A stretch of 64,000 nt of DNA from Candidatus Avispirillum faecium. Its GTDB lineage: Bacteria; Bacillota; Clostridia; Oscillospirales; CAG-272. The number at the start of each line of letters is the position of its first letter. The first letter of the stretch is position 1. Of this stretch, positions 28,464-38,229 are shown piece after piece. Where the stretch lies: the NCBI GenBank assembly GCA_904396155.1, contig CAJFOI010000022.1:12607-76606 (forward strand). Reading direction: 5' to 3'. A program made the translations under genes and the position numbers. The notes below the pieces were generated by a model. The model did not search any database, was not told the origin of the DNA, and saw nothing but the letters and a program-made list of their open reading frames with translations.

Positions 28464-31031
28464 ATGATTGAAAATAAATGTAAATTAGACATAGAACAGT
28501 TTGAATTTATTAAAAAATGGTTAAAAAATAATAATGAAAAATACAGTAATTTTGACATATATTATTATGCTAAAATGTTATGTAAAATGGGATTAGATCT
28601 AACTAATGATTTTAAATGCAGAAAGGGATGTATTGATTTACATATTCATTCAAATATAAGTGATGGTTTATATGATCCAAAATTAATAGTATTAGCGGCA
28701 GATTATTTGGGATTATCTGTGATTAGTATAACTGATCATAATAGTTTACTTTATTATAAAGATAATAAAATAATTTGCAATGTTAATATTCTTCCTGGTT
28801 TGGAAATAAATACAATTCTTGGAGAGGAAAAAATACATTTACTTTGTTATGGAAAAAATTTGATACAGAATAATGAATTTTTAAGTTATTTAGAAATTAT
28901 TCAAAAGCATTGGAATCTTCGTTACATAATGGCAATAGAAAAAATTAATAAGTATTATTCAATGGCTATATCATCCAAAATAGCGATAAATAATAGAGAA
29001 ACAATAAATAATGAATTATTTAGAAATCATTTAAAAAGTCAAGTTTCAAATATAAGTATTGAAAATATTTTAAAGCAATGGGATAATAAACTCTTTTTAT
29101 ATGAAAAAAGTAATTCATATTTACCTAATACTCTTAATGTAATAGAAGCTGTTGTACGTTGCGGAGGTTTTCCTTATTTAGCGCATTGTAATATACTATT
29201 AAAAGACAAGCCAGAAATAATTAATTTGTTAAAGTCTCATGGCCTACATGGTTTAGAAGCACTGCATCCTGCTTACACAAGAGAAGAATCAATTATGATA
29301 ATTAAAAGTGCCAAAAAATATGGTTTACATTTGTCTGGAGGCAGTGATTATCATGGTAATAATACCATAACAATAGGAAAAGGAAATATAAACAATAAAA
29401 ACTGGAGGGTTCCAAGTGCATATTATTATAACGGGATATGTAAACAAAATGGCATAATTATTTCATCAAAAGAAAAAATACTTATTGACGAATTAAATAT
29501 TGATGAAAAAATATCGTTACTTATACATCCTAATTGTGATATTATTTATGGTAATATTAACAATGGAGTAGTTTTTGGGCGTGTCAATAAAGATAATATT
29601 ACTACAGAAAAAGATCTTTATGAATGTTCAAAAGAAGTTTTAATGTCAAATAATCATCCAATATTAATAAATATTAACCAAGAAGGTGGAAGACTTAACA
29701 CAATAAATTGGAGTTGGGATGATATTTGGCCTGGAAACAATGCACTAGGATGTATAAATAATTGGGATTTAATTAAGAAGTGCTTTGAGGGGATGGCGAA
29801 TGAATTAAAAGCGTTAGGAATCACATGGAATTTGGCTCCAGTTGTAGATGTCCAATTAAATCCTAATAATACCACTACATCTGGACGTTGTTTTGGAAAC
29901 GATTTTTGTAAAGTAGCAAAATATGTAAATTTATTTATTAAAACAATGCAAAAATCTGGTATTGCTACAACCGCGAAACATTTTCCAGGAATAGGTCCAT
30001 TAAATGTGGATATTCATAAAACAGTACCGCATCTTTCCAACATTGATGAATCAAATTTAGTGCCTTTTTATTCTGCAATTGAAGCAAAAGTTGCATCGAT
30101 TATGATAAGTAATGTGGTAATAGATGATATTGATAATCTTCCAGCGTTTATGTCTTATAAAGTTGTAACTGAACTTTTGCGTAAAAAAATGAAGTATGAT
30201 GGAGTTGTGATAACTGAAAATATATCAATTCCTTCATTAGCAACATATAAAATTAATATGGCACAAGCAGCGGTAAAAAGTCTAATTGCTGGATGTGATA
30301 TTGTTTTGTTTGAACCAGATATTACCAAGGAGCATTGCGATGGGCTTTTAAAACAAGAAGAAATTAAAAAAACAATTTATTTGCGTCAATCAATTTGTAC
30401 GGCTGTTAAAAACGCGGTCACTTGTGGACAAATTAATAGAGAACGCTTTTATGAAGCATTAAAACATGTAGAATATATGTACAATACATATGGTATGGTT
30501 CCAAGCAAATTGGGAACATTTTCTGAATTTCTTCAAATAAAAAAAAGTAATCAAAAATTAAAATATAAAGTTGCAATGGATAGTGTGAAAATGTTTTCGA
30601 ATAATATACAATGTGAACTTCTGGATAACTTAGAATTATCAAAGAATATTCTTATTTTTCAAATATGTTATGTTAAGAATGTTAGAGCTGATAGTTCATA
30701 TAATCATGACATAAAATTGAAAAATTTGGCGAATAAATATTTTTATAATTGTGATATTTTATATGTAAGTTCTATTGATGATTTTAATAATATTAAATTA
30801 TCAAACTATGATGTAATAATTGGAATTACTTATAATAGTTATTATCTTTTGGAACAAAAAGAAATTATTAAGTTCTTACATAAATATTTTTCAAAAATGG
30901 TTATAATAGGTATGGGGGCCGATGACGAAAAAGAGGAATTATTAAGTTATGGAATTCCAATTTATATTTCGGCTAAAAATATGAATGCGTATGCATTAGA
31001 GGCGGCATTTGAAATTCTTATAAATAGATAG
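28464..31031 (+). CDS. PHP phosphoesterase - GH3 (NagZ-like) fusion
   Basis: DLHIHSNISDG, TDHN, LAH, GSDYHG; QEGGR, APVVD, KHFPG. Confidence 0.82.
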   Translation: MIENKCKLDIEQFEFIKKWLKNNNEKYSNFDIYYYAKMLCKMGLDLTNDFKCRKGCIDLHIHSNISDGLYDPKLIVLAADYLGLSVISITDHNSLLYYKDNKIICNVNILPGLEINTILGEEKIHLLCYGKNLIQNNEFLSYLEIIQKHWNLRYIMAIEKINKYYSMAISSKIAINNRETINNELFRNHLKSQVSNISIENILKQWDNKLFLYEKSNSYLPNTLNVIEAVVRCGGFPYLAHCNILLKDKPEIINLLKSHGLHGLEALHPAYTREESIMIIKSAKKYGLHLSGGSDYHGNNTITIGKGNINNKNWRVPSAYYYNGICKQNGIIISSKEKILIDELNIDEKISLLIHPNCDIIYGNINNGVVFGRVNKDNITTEKDLYECSKEVLMSNNHPILININQEGGRLNTINWSWDDIWPGNNALGCINNWDLIKKCFEGMANELKALGITWNLAPVVDVQLNPNNTTTSGRCFGNDFCKVAKYVNLFIKTMQKSGIATTAKHFPGIGPLNVDIHKTVPHLSNIDESNLVPFYSAIEAKVASIMISNVVIDDIDNLPAFMSYKVVTELLRKKMKYDGVVITENISIPSLATYKINMAQAAVKSLIAGCDIVLFEPDITKEHCDGLLKQEEIKKTIYLRQSICTAVKNAVTCGQINRERFYEALKHVEYMYNTYGMVPSKLGTFSEFLQIKKSNQKLKYKVAMDSVKMFSNNIQCELLDNLELSKNILIFQICYVKNVRADSSYNHDIKLKNLANKYFYNCDILYVSSIDDFNNIKLSNYDVIIGITYNSYYLLEQKEIIKFLHKYFSKMVIIGMGADDEKEELLSYGIPIYISAKNMNAYALEAAFEILINR

Positions 31032-31097
31032 TTTTTAGTATTATTTTTGGACTTAATATAAAGATATTAAAGATTTATTATAGTAAGTTTTTTAATA

Positions 31098-32333
31098 ATG
31101 GAGATTAATATGAATTATTTAGAAGCTTTAGCAAAACTGGGCGCGAACCATCAGGAGCATTTACTGCGGTATTATAGTGAACTATCATCGACTGAAAAGG
31201 ATGCATTGCTTTATCAAATTGAGCAGTTTGATTTTTCAGAAATAGAAAATTTGAGATCCCATAAATATAAAATGAATATAAGCGATTTGCAAATTATCGA
31301 AACTTTGACTGTAGACGATACAAAAAAACGCGCGATTTGTACAGAGATTGGGAAAAAAGCTTTGGCAAAAGGAAAAATGGGGATTGTCATTTTGTCCGGA
31401 GGTCAGGGCTCAAGACTTGGCTTCCAACATGCCAAGGGAATGTACAATATTGGAATAAAAAAAACGATTACCATTTTTGAAATGCATATTCGTCGACTTC
31501 TTCATTTCAAAGAGGAAACTGGCGTTTTATTGCATTGCTTTATTATGACAAGTTCTCATAATAATAAAGAGATAGAACAGTTTTTTGAAAAAAACAATTA
31601 CTTTGGATATGATAAAAATTATATTCATTTTTATATTCAGGGCAACAATATTACTGTAGATAGGAATTGGAATCCAATGCTTTCTGATAAGAGTACCATT
31701 TGCTATTCACCAAATGGAAATGGCTGTTGGTACATGGACTTGGTTAAAGCAGGCTATAGAGAATTGCTAGAAACAAGTGGAATAGAGTGGTTAAATGTAG
31801 TATCTGTGGATAACGTACTGCAAAATTTTGTTGATCCTACATTTTTGGGAGCCGTTCTCTATGCATCTGCTGGATGCGGTGCGAAGGTTGTATCAAAAAT
31901 TTGTGCTGATGAAAAGATTGGAGTTATTTGTATCAATGGCGGCCATCCAGATGTGTTGGAATATTATGAGATACCAGATGACGTGAAAGGCGCAGTAGAT
32001 GCAACCGGACAACTTTTGTATCGCTATGGGGTCATTCTAAATTATATTTTTCATGTTGCGGAGCTTGACTGTATCAATTATAGTGAGTTACCTGTGCATA
32101 TAGTTAAGAAAAAAGTAGCGTATGTTGATGATAATGGCACATTCGTAAAACCTGATGAAGAAAATGCATGGAAGTTTGAATATTTGCTTACGGATTTAAT
32201 TGCACATACAAGTTCTTGTGTCGCTTTTGAAGTAGAAAGAGATAAAGAATTTGCCCCGATAAAAAATCTAACTGGAATCGATTCTGTGGAGAGTGCGCGT
32301 AGGCTTTTACAGAAAAATAATATTTTACTATGA
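31098..32333 (+). CDS. UDP-N-acetylhexosamine pyrophosphorylase (UDPGP/UAP family)
   Basis: GGQGSRLG..AKG, PNGNG, VDN, KFE, EFAPIKN. Confidence 0.88.
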   Translation: MEINMNYLEALAKLGANHQEHLLRYYSELSSTEKDALLYQIEQFDFSEIENLRSHKYKMNISDLQIIETLTVDDTKKRAICTEIGKKALAKGKMGIVILSGGQGSRLGFQHAKGMYNIGIKKTITIFEMHIRRLLHFKEETGVLLHCFIMTSSHNNKEIEQFFEKNNYFGYDKNYIHFYIQGNNITVDRNWNPMLSDKSTICYSPNGNGCWYMDLVKAGYRELLETSGIEWLNVVSVDNVLQNFVDPTFLGAVLYASAGCGAKVVSKICADEKIGVICINGGHPDVLEYYEIPDDVKGAVDATGQLLYRYGVILNYIFHVAELDCINYSELPVHIVKKKVAYVDDNGTFVKPDEENAWKFEYLLTDLIAHTSSCVAFEVERDKEFAPIKNLTGIDSVESARRLLQKNNILL

Positions 32334-32821
32334 TTTTAATAGATATAAACTCAGAACATAGTTTCATAACATCTTCTTGTATTAAAATATTATATGATTT
32401 TTTTGAAAATAAGAATATGCCATGTTATTGCATTAAAGATTTACTAGATCCAGTTATTGTAGACTTAGTTGATAATAATAAATATATTGCACGAGATAAT
32501 TTTGTACTATGCTCCATTTTAAAAACTATTTGCATATTTGAAGCACAACGTAATAATGAAATAAAATCAAATTCTGTTTTATTTATGAATGATTTTTTTA
32601 ATTATAGTTTTGAATTTAAAGAACAAAATAGTATTAATTATTTATGTAATTTGTGTAAATGCACTTCTGTTAAATATTTAAGTTTTATAATTAGAGATCA
32701 ATTAGCTTTAAAGCAAATTATACCAAATTCATACTTAAATATACATTTCTATATAATAGATGCTAGAAAAGAAATATATTCACAAATTGTCAAAGCGCTT
32801 AAGGAAAGTGAAGTGTATTAA
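32330..32821 (+). CDS. Hypothetical protein; possibly a degenerate dTMP-kinase-like subunit
   Basis: Translationally coupled on both sides; loose pattern similarity to the next gene but no P-loop. Confidence 0.5.
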   Translation: MILIDINSEHSFITSSCIKILYDFFENKNMPCYCIKDLLDPVIVDLVDNNKYIARDNFVLCSILKTICIFEAQRNNEIKSNSVLFMNDFFNYSFEFKEQNSINYLCNLCKCTSVKYLSFIIRDQLALKQIIPNSYLNIHFYIIDARKEIYSQIVKALKESEVY

Positions 32822-33447
32822 TGTTAATAGCAATTGAAGGAATTCATGGGGCTGGTAAATCAGAACTCATAAAAAAAATTCAAAAATATTATAATGGGAA
32901 AATCCCTGTTATAATTACAAATTGGAATTCCTATGAGACTATACATCCTTTATTATACAAATATCGCATTAAAGACCATATGAATGATAAATATACTTAT
33001 TTTCTTATGCAGCTAGCAGATTTTGCTTTTAGATACTATTCAATAATTGAATCTGCTATTGGAGATTCGCAAGTACTTGTAGTCGCTGACCGATATGTTC
33101 GTACAGGATGGGTAAGAGGAATCGTTAGAGGGATAAATGAAGAATATGTTAAGTCGGCGTATTCTTTTGCTAAAGAGCCAGATGTAGAAATATTACTGGA
33201 TGTAGATATAAATATATCGATTTGCAGAAGAAGGCCAACTAGTGATAACATTTGGAAAATAGGAATGGGTGTATTCTCTAGTAAAACTCAGTTCAGTGAA
33301 TTGGAATATAGAAAATATTTAACAATTTCACGTAATTTATATTTAAAATACGCTATAGAGAATCATTCGTTAATTGCAAAAGATCATCTACCTCTTGATT
33401 TATGGAAAGCACTGTGCCAAGAAATAAACCACAAATTGTTATTTTGA
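32821..33447 (+). CDS. Thymidylate (NMP) kinase-like protein
   Basis: IEGIHGAGKS P-loop, DRY, PD...LD. Confidence 0.85.
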   Translation: MLIAIEGIHGAGKSELIKKIQKYYNGKIPVIITNWNSYETIHPLLYKYRIKDHMNDKYTYFLMQLADFAFRYYSIIESAIGDSQVLVVADRYVRTGWVRGIVRGINEEYVKSAYSFAKEPDVEILLDVDINISICRRRPTSDNIWKIGMGVFSSKTQFSELEYRKYLTISRNLYLKYAIENHSLIAKDHLPLDLWKALCQEINHKLLF

Positions 33448-33799
33448 AAAAATAGTTATAAATTCCCATGACGACAATATCGTTATGAAATAATAGATTG
33501 AATATGAAGGATAAGAGTGGATGATGTTAAAGACTGAGCAACGTTCAAGTAGAAAAGTTTGTTTGATATTTGAAAAAATATGGTGCATAAAGTTTTGTAT
33601 TTAACAGATTCATCTTGTCAGTTATTGATTTATTACACGAAGAGTTTCAGAAAGAGTGGTATTTTTGTTTACATTAAAAGAAAAGGAAGGGCCTCTAAAT
33701 ATTACTTTCCATGGTCGAAAGTATTTTTGCTGGTCCCATTCTACAAAAGAATTATAACAATACTAGCCATTTTCTGTAAGTAACCAGGTAGGACTTATT

Positions 33800-34765
33800 A
33801 TGAAGATTATAGCAACAATTTCAACTAAATGTTCCGAAAAAGATTTTGATAATCTTATTGAAACTTGTCTTAGTAATTATGTTAATAATTTTCGGTTTAA
33901 TTTAGCTAAGTTTAATGAAGAAGAATATGATTTATTTACAAAAAAATGTAAGCTCCTGCACTCTGAAAATAACATTTTGAGTTTCGATATTCCTTTTCCT
34001 GGCATGAAACCGCGAATTTTCATATATGAATATCCAAGACACATAACTAAGGGAGAATTTATTTATTGCTCGAATTCTACTAAATCAAATTGTTATATTA
34101 ATGTGGATAATTTTTATAATTACTTTAAATTAGGAAATAATTATTATTATCAAGATGGTATTGGTTTTTTGACAGTAGAATATATAAGTGCCTCAAAAAT
34201 TGTATTTAGAAGTGAAAATGAATTTGTTTTATGTTCAGGAAAGTCTTTAACAGGTGGGGAAACTCTAAAAACTCATATCAACAAAAGAATAATAGACTTA
34301 TTAAATAATGTGAAACCAGAAGAAATTTGGTTATCATTTGTTGAAGAGCCTATGTGTGAATCATTACTTCTTTCATACCTCGAATACTCTCCTCGTATTT
34401 TCTACAAAATTGAAACATTAAAAAGCTACGAAAATATTTATAATTTATTAACTCTAAGTGACGCTGATATTGTCATTGCAAGAGGTGACTTAGGCACAAG
34501 TTTCTGCTATAATTTAATAGATATTCAATATAATCTATTAAAAATGTCCAAGAAGTTCAATAAAATGGTTTATTTAGCAACTGATTTTTTAAAATCCATG
34601 AATATATCAACACTGCCATCAAGAGCAGATATGATAGATATACAGTTTGCTGTTCAGACACAGTGTGATGGTATTATGCTGAATGTATCAAATTTATTCA
34701 ACAATTTTTCACATCAAGTAGAATATATCAGAAGATGTGAAGAACAAATCAAAAGGTCATGTTAA
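33800..34765 (+). CDS. Pyruvate-kinase-like protein (A/B domains only)
   Basis: KIIAT, RFN, SFVE, KIE, ARGDLG, PSRA; 321 aa, lacks the C-terminal domain. Confidence 0.8.
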   Translation: MKIIATISTKCSEKDFDNLIETCLSNYVNNFRFNLAKFNEEEYDLFTKKCKLLHSENNILSFDIPFPGMKPRIFIYEYPRHITKGEFIYCSNSTKSNCYINVDNFYNYFKLGNNYYYQDGIGFLTVEYISASKIVFRSENEFVLCSGKSLTGGETLKTHINKRIIDLLNNVKPEEIWLSFVEEPMCESLLLSYLEYSPRIFYKIETLKSYENIYNLLTLSDADIVIARGDLGTSFCYNLIDIQYNLLKMSKKFNKMVYLATDFLKSMNISTLPSRADMIDIQFAVQTQCDGIMLNVSNLFNNFSHQVEYIRRCEEQIKRSC

Positions 34766-35640
34766 ATTTAATATCCAAACAGTTTGTATAAATTTTTCGT
34801 GAGTTTAGAGAATATTTACAAGCTGCAGCTCAATTTGATTAATTGATACATGTATGAATATGTAAAAGATCAAAGGAATATTAAAGAATATCAACATTTG
34901 GTTTCTCTGGTGGTTGGTGTTCTCCTTTTGAAAAATAAAAATAGTAGTGCATATGATTTGCTGGAACTAAAATTATATAGAGCTTTACCCATTTACACTG
35001 CCAGATCACCGGGGAAATTGTCAGACTGTTTTATGTTGCCGTGGGTTTTGTTTATGCAAATACGAAAAAGAAATAGCATAAATTCGGATTCATGCGCATT
35101 GAAAATTTGGAATATAACGAGAAAGAAGTGTGCTAAGTTATCGTAAACGAATTATTCATTGGGGATATAACTCGTCTTGGTGCAGAAGTGTGCCGTGACT
35201 TACGCTACAATGGCCGTATTGAATAAATTCCCCCGGGAGTATGTTCTCCGGTAAGCATATTGAAAAATATTGAATTCAGTCGTTATTTCGAAACACGGAA
35301 ATCCTGTTATTGCAAATGTGTTTATGAGAATGAAGTTTATGGAACGTTGTGGATCAATACTGAGAAATGATAATAATATAGACATCTTGTGAAAAAGAGA
35401 ATATTGGAGCTTTTCATGTTTAGAAAGTAACTTGTTCAAGATCATTTTCTAGATACTAAACAATTCAAATTTTATCCTGTCAGTGTTTGGATCTGTACAA
35501 CCAAATATTTAGGGTCAAAAGGGCGTATGAAGCCCAAGTATTCATGCACCCTTTTGTGTTATCAATCAATCGTTTATACAGACGATTGGTTTTTATAAGT
35601 GCAAAAAAGGGAGTGAAACAATGGTTATAACAACGCGCGT

Positions 35641-35793
35641 TTAATAAACTATAAAAGGGATCGCCAACCATTGAAGTATCGAGCTTATAAAATGCTCGTC
35701 CATAACAATCCAAAGCAATTTGGATGCTGTTTCCATAGCGACATCTATTTCATGCAGTTCATCTGCCATATTGATTTGTTCTTCTCGTGTCAT
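35641..35793 (-). CDS. Small hypothetical protein (50 aa; possibly truncated by the cargo junction)
   Basis: GGAGG RBS; MTREEQINMADELHEIDVAMETASKLL... Confidence 0.45.
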   Translation of the reverse strand: MTREEQINMADELHEIDVAMETASKLLWIVMDEHFISSILQWLAIPFIVY

Positions 35794-35884
35794 TTTCTTT
35801 TCCTCCAAAATTGTTTTTAATTTATACTTGACAATCCAGAGAGGGCATGCTATGCTCTATGTATATCCTCTCTGGGTGTGGCCT

Positions 35885-36103
35885 TCATATAGCGTTCCTT
35901 TGGTTGGGTGGCGCTGTATGGGGGCTTTCTTTTGCGTAGCAGAACTTGTCCAGTTCCGGCTGCAGGTACTCCAATTCTTCCCGGATGTCCTCTGTAAGGA
36001 CCCCTGTGTCCAGCAACTGATCAATTGCTACACAGGCAAGAATCAATGCGGCCTCTGTTTTCGCCGACATTTCCACGGTGATTTTTGTGTTGTTTGCGTC
36101 CAT
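35885..36103 (-). CDS. Small hypothetical protein
   Basis: AGGAGG RBS; 72 aa. Confidence 0.55.
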   Translation of the reverse strand: MDANNTKITVEMSAKTEAALILACVAIDQLLDTGVLTEDIREELEYLQPELDKFCYAKESPHTAPPNQRNAI

Positions 36104-36143
36104 GTATGTTTTGTCCTCCTTTCTGTAAATTCATTGCTTTGCG

Positions 36144-36419
36144 TCAAACGATGGAGAAGCGCCGGGTTTCCGTTTGCTTCAAATACTGGCTGTACACATC
36201 CGGGAGGGCGGCTTTCAGCTTCTTGCTGTCCAGCCGGGAGGAGATAATCTCCTTCCAACGGACGATGAAATCTTTGGTTTTCAGTTCGTCCACGCCCCTG
36301 CTCTCCATGTCGTCCTTGATTTCCGTCCGAATGGCTTCGGCCTGCGCTTCCAGGTCCTTCTGCTGCGCTTCAATTTCCTGCAGCCTTCTGATACGGTTTT
36401 CGATCATTCGCTCTGTCAT
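36144..36419 (-). CDS. Small coiled-coil protein of phage/mobile-element type
   Basis: AGGAG RBS; coiled coil then SSRLDSKKLK...YL..T..RRF. Confidence 0.7.
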   Translation of the reverse strand: MTERMIENRIRRLQEIEAQQKDLEAQAEAIRTEIKDDMESRGVDELKTKDFIVRWKEIISSRLDSKKLKAALPDVYSQYLKQTETRRFSIV

Positions 36420-36748
36420 GGTTCTGTCTCCTTTTCTTGTTGAGTATTAGATGAAGTATCCAAGCCCCGGCAGGCTTTAAGGTATCTATGCCTTAGCAAT
36501 CTCAATCTCCCCTTATCCTGCTGTCCGGTGTCACGTTGCGTTCTTTGTATCCGCATTCGCTGTGGACTCTCTCCCTTGCTGTGATTATATTATACACTTT
36601 TATTCGTGTAAAATTGCACAAGAAAATACTCTGTTTTTCGTGCAATATTACTCTTGCTCTCGTGTACTTTTTGCGCTATAATAATGGTAAAGTGGTAGGA
36701 GAAGGCTTATAAATAAGCCGCCCCACTAACTCAGAAAGGAGCTTAAAT

Positions 36749-36967
36749 ATGCCGCTTGTATATAAAATTGATGTTCTGCAAGCCCTAAAGGATAAGGGCT
36801 ATAACACAAACCGGCTGAGAAAAGAGAAAATTCTTGCAGAAAGCACGATCCAGAAGCTTAGAGAAAACAAGCCTATAAGCTGGGCAAATATCGCCCAAAT
36901 TTGCGACTTGCTACACTGCCAGCCCGGTGATATTATGGAGTACGTGGAAGAAGGGAGTGAAAGATAA
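36749..36967 (+). CDS. Cro/C1-type HTH regulator
   Basis: STIQKLR...ICDLLHCQPGDIMEY. Confidence 0.85.
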   Translation: MPLVYKIDVLQALKDKGYNTNRLRKEKILAESTIQKLRENKPISWANIAQICDLLHCQPGDIMEYVEEGSER

Positions 36968-36970
36968 AGG

Positions 36971-37576
36971 ATGGCAATAGCAAACAAGCTGGGAATCACC
37001 GATTCATCGGAGCTCGCCCGAATTGAAGAGAAAATCAGCAAGACAAAGGCGCTGGAACTGTTTGAAAAAGGCTTGCTGGATACCTTTGAAGTGGGCACCT
37101 TCAAGGGACTGGCACAAATCCATAAATATCTTTTTGATAAAATTTACGATTTTGCCGGAGAGATGCGGGACGTAAACATTGCCAAAGGCAGCTTTCGGTT
37201 TGTTCCTGTGATGTACCTGGATGCCGCCCTTGCCAATATTTCCAAGATGCCGCAGTCTACCTTTGATGAAATCATAGAAAAGTATGTGGAAATGAATGTG
37301 GCGCATCCGTTCAGAGAGGGCAACGGGAGAAGTACACGGATATGGCTGGATGCAATTCTGAAAAAGGAACTTGGGCGTGTCATAGATTGGAGCCGGGTGG
37401 ATAAGGAAGACTATCTGCTCGCAATGGAGCGCAGCCCTATCAAGGACGTTGAGATAAAGGCGCTTCTCAAAGCGGCTCTGACAGACAAAATCCATGACCG
37501 AGAGGTCTACATGAAGGGAATCGATGCAAGCTATCACTATGAGGGGTACCATGTCTTTAAGACAGAAGACCTTTAA
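36971..37576 (+). CDS. fic: Fic protein adenylyltransferase, class III-like
   Basis: HPFREGNGRSTR; C-terminal inhibitory SYHYEG. Confidence 0.9.
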   Translation: MAIANKLGITDSSELARIEEKISKTKALELFEKGLLDTFEVGTFKGLAQIHKYLFDKIYDFAGEMRDVNIAKGSFRFVPVMYLDAALANISKMPQSTFDEIIEKYVEMNVAHPFREGNGRSTRIWLDAILKKELGRVIDWSRVDKEDYLLAMERSPIKDVEIKALLKAALTDKIHDREVYMKGIDASYHYEGYHVFKTEDL

Positions 37577-37914
37577 CCTTTTTATGCCCGCAAAATCATG
37601 AATGCCTCTCATTCGCTCAAAACCGGCCCTATTTTAATCGTTTGTGTTTTGTGTATTTCTCTCCCCCCCTATGAAAACAAATAAATCGCGTTGTAGGGCC
37701 GTTTTTGAGCGTTACAGAGGTATTTATGTGTATTCCCTCTCTGTACAACTGTAAATCCGGGATATTCATCCGCCTTCGAGTTTGTTTGTGTTCATGGTTC
37801 TGTCTCCTTTTCTTGTTGAGTATGAGGTGCTTGCCATTTACCCCTTGATCCTCATGGGCTTATCGGTGTCGCAAGTTGCCGAGGGTTTTCTTCTTCCCTG
37901 TGTCTATAGTATAC

Positions 37915-37998
37915 TATATCGGGTACGATATATCAAGTGGTAAAGTTAACAAATATTGTACCCGATATATGTGCATAATGTATATTGTACCCTATATA
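37915..37998. promoter_or_regulatory. Putative operator repeats
   Basis: TATATCGGGTACGATAT (37915) inverted to ATATTGTACCCGATATA (37953); third copy at 37982. Confidence 0.55.
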
Positions 37999-38040
37999 CA
38001 ATCTATGATATAATATGATTACAAGGAAAGGGGATAACAT

Positions 38041-38229
38041 ATGCCAGCATCAAAAGCACAGCAAAAAGCCGTTTCAAAATACATGAAAGAAAATTATGAT
38101 GAAATCAAAGTCAGAGTAAAAAAAGGCAGAAAAGACGAAATTAAAACTCATGCCGAAAAAATGGGTGAAAGTGTCAACGAATTCATCGGCCGAGCAATTG
38201 AAGAGACCATGGAGAGGGATGGGGAATAA
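38041..38229 (+). CDS. Ribbon-helix-helix/Arc-like DNA-binding protein
   Basis: KAVSKY...YDEIKVRV.KG...SVNEFI.RAI. Confidence 0.75.
   Translation: MPASKAQQKAVSKYMKENYDEIKVRVKKGRKDEIKTHAEKMGESVNEFIGRAIEETMERDGE

Noticed and set aside
34850-35450. 98-aa and 81-aa ORFs after the pyruvate-kinase-like gene
   Set aside because: No RBS or motifs, and frames are interrupted; probably decayed DNA whose identity I cannot assign.
37973-37986. GCATAATGTATATT as a chromosomal dif site
   Set aside because: The XerD-side arm is missing and the sequence overlaps operator-like repeats; probably coincidental.
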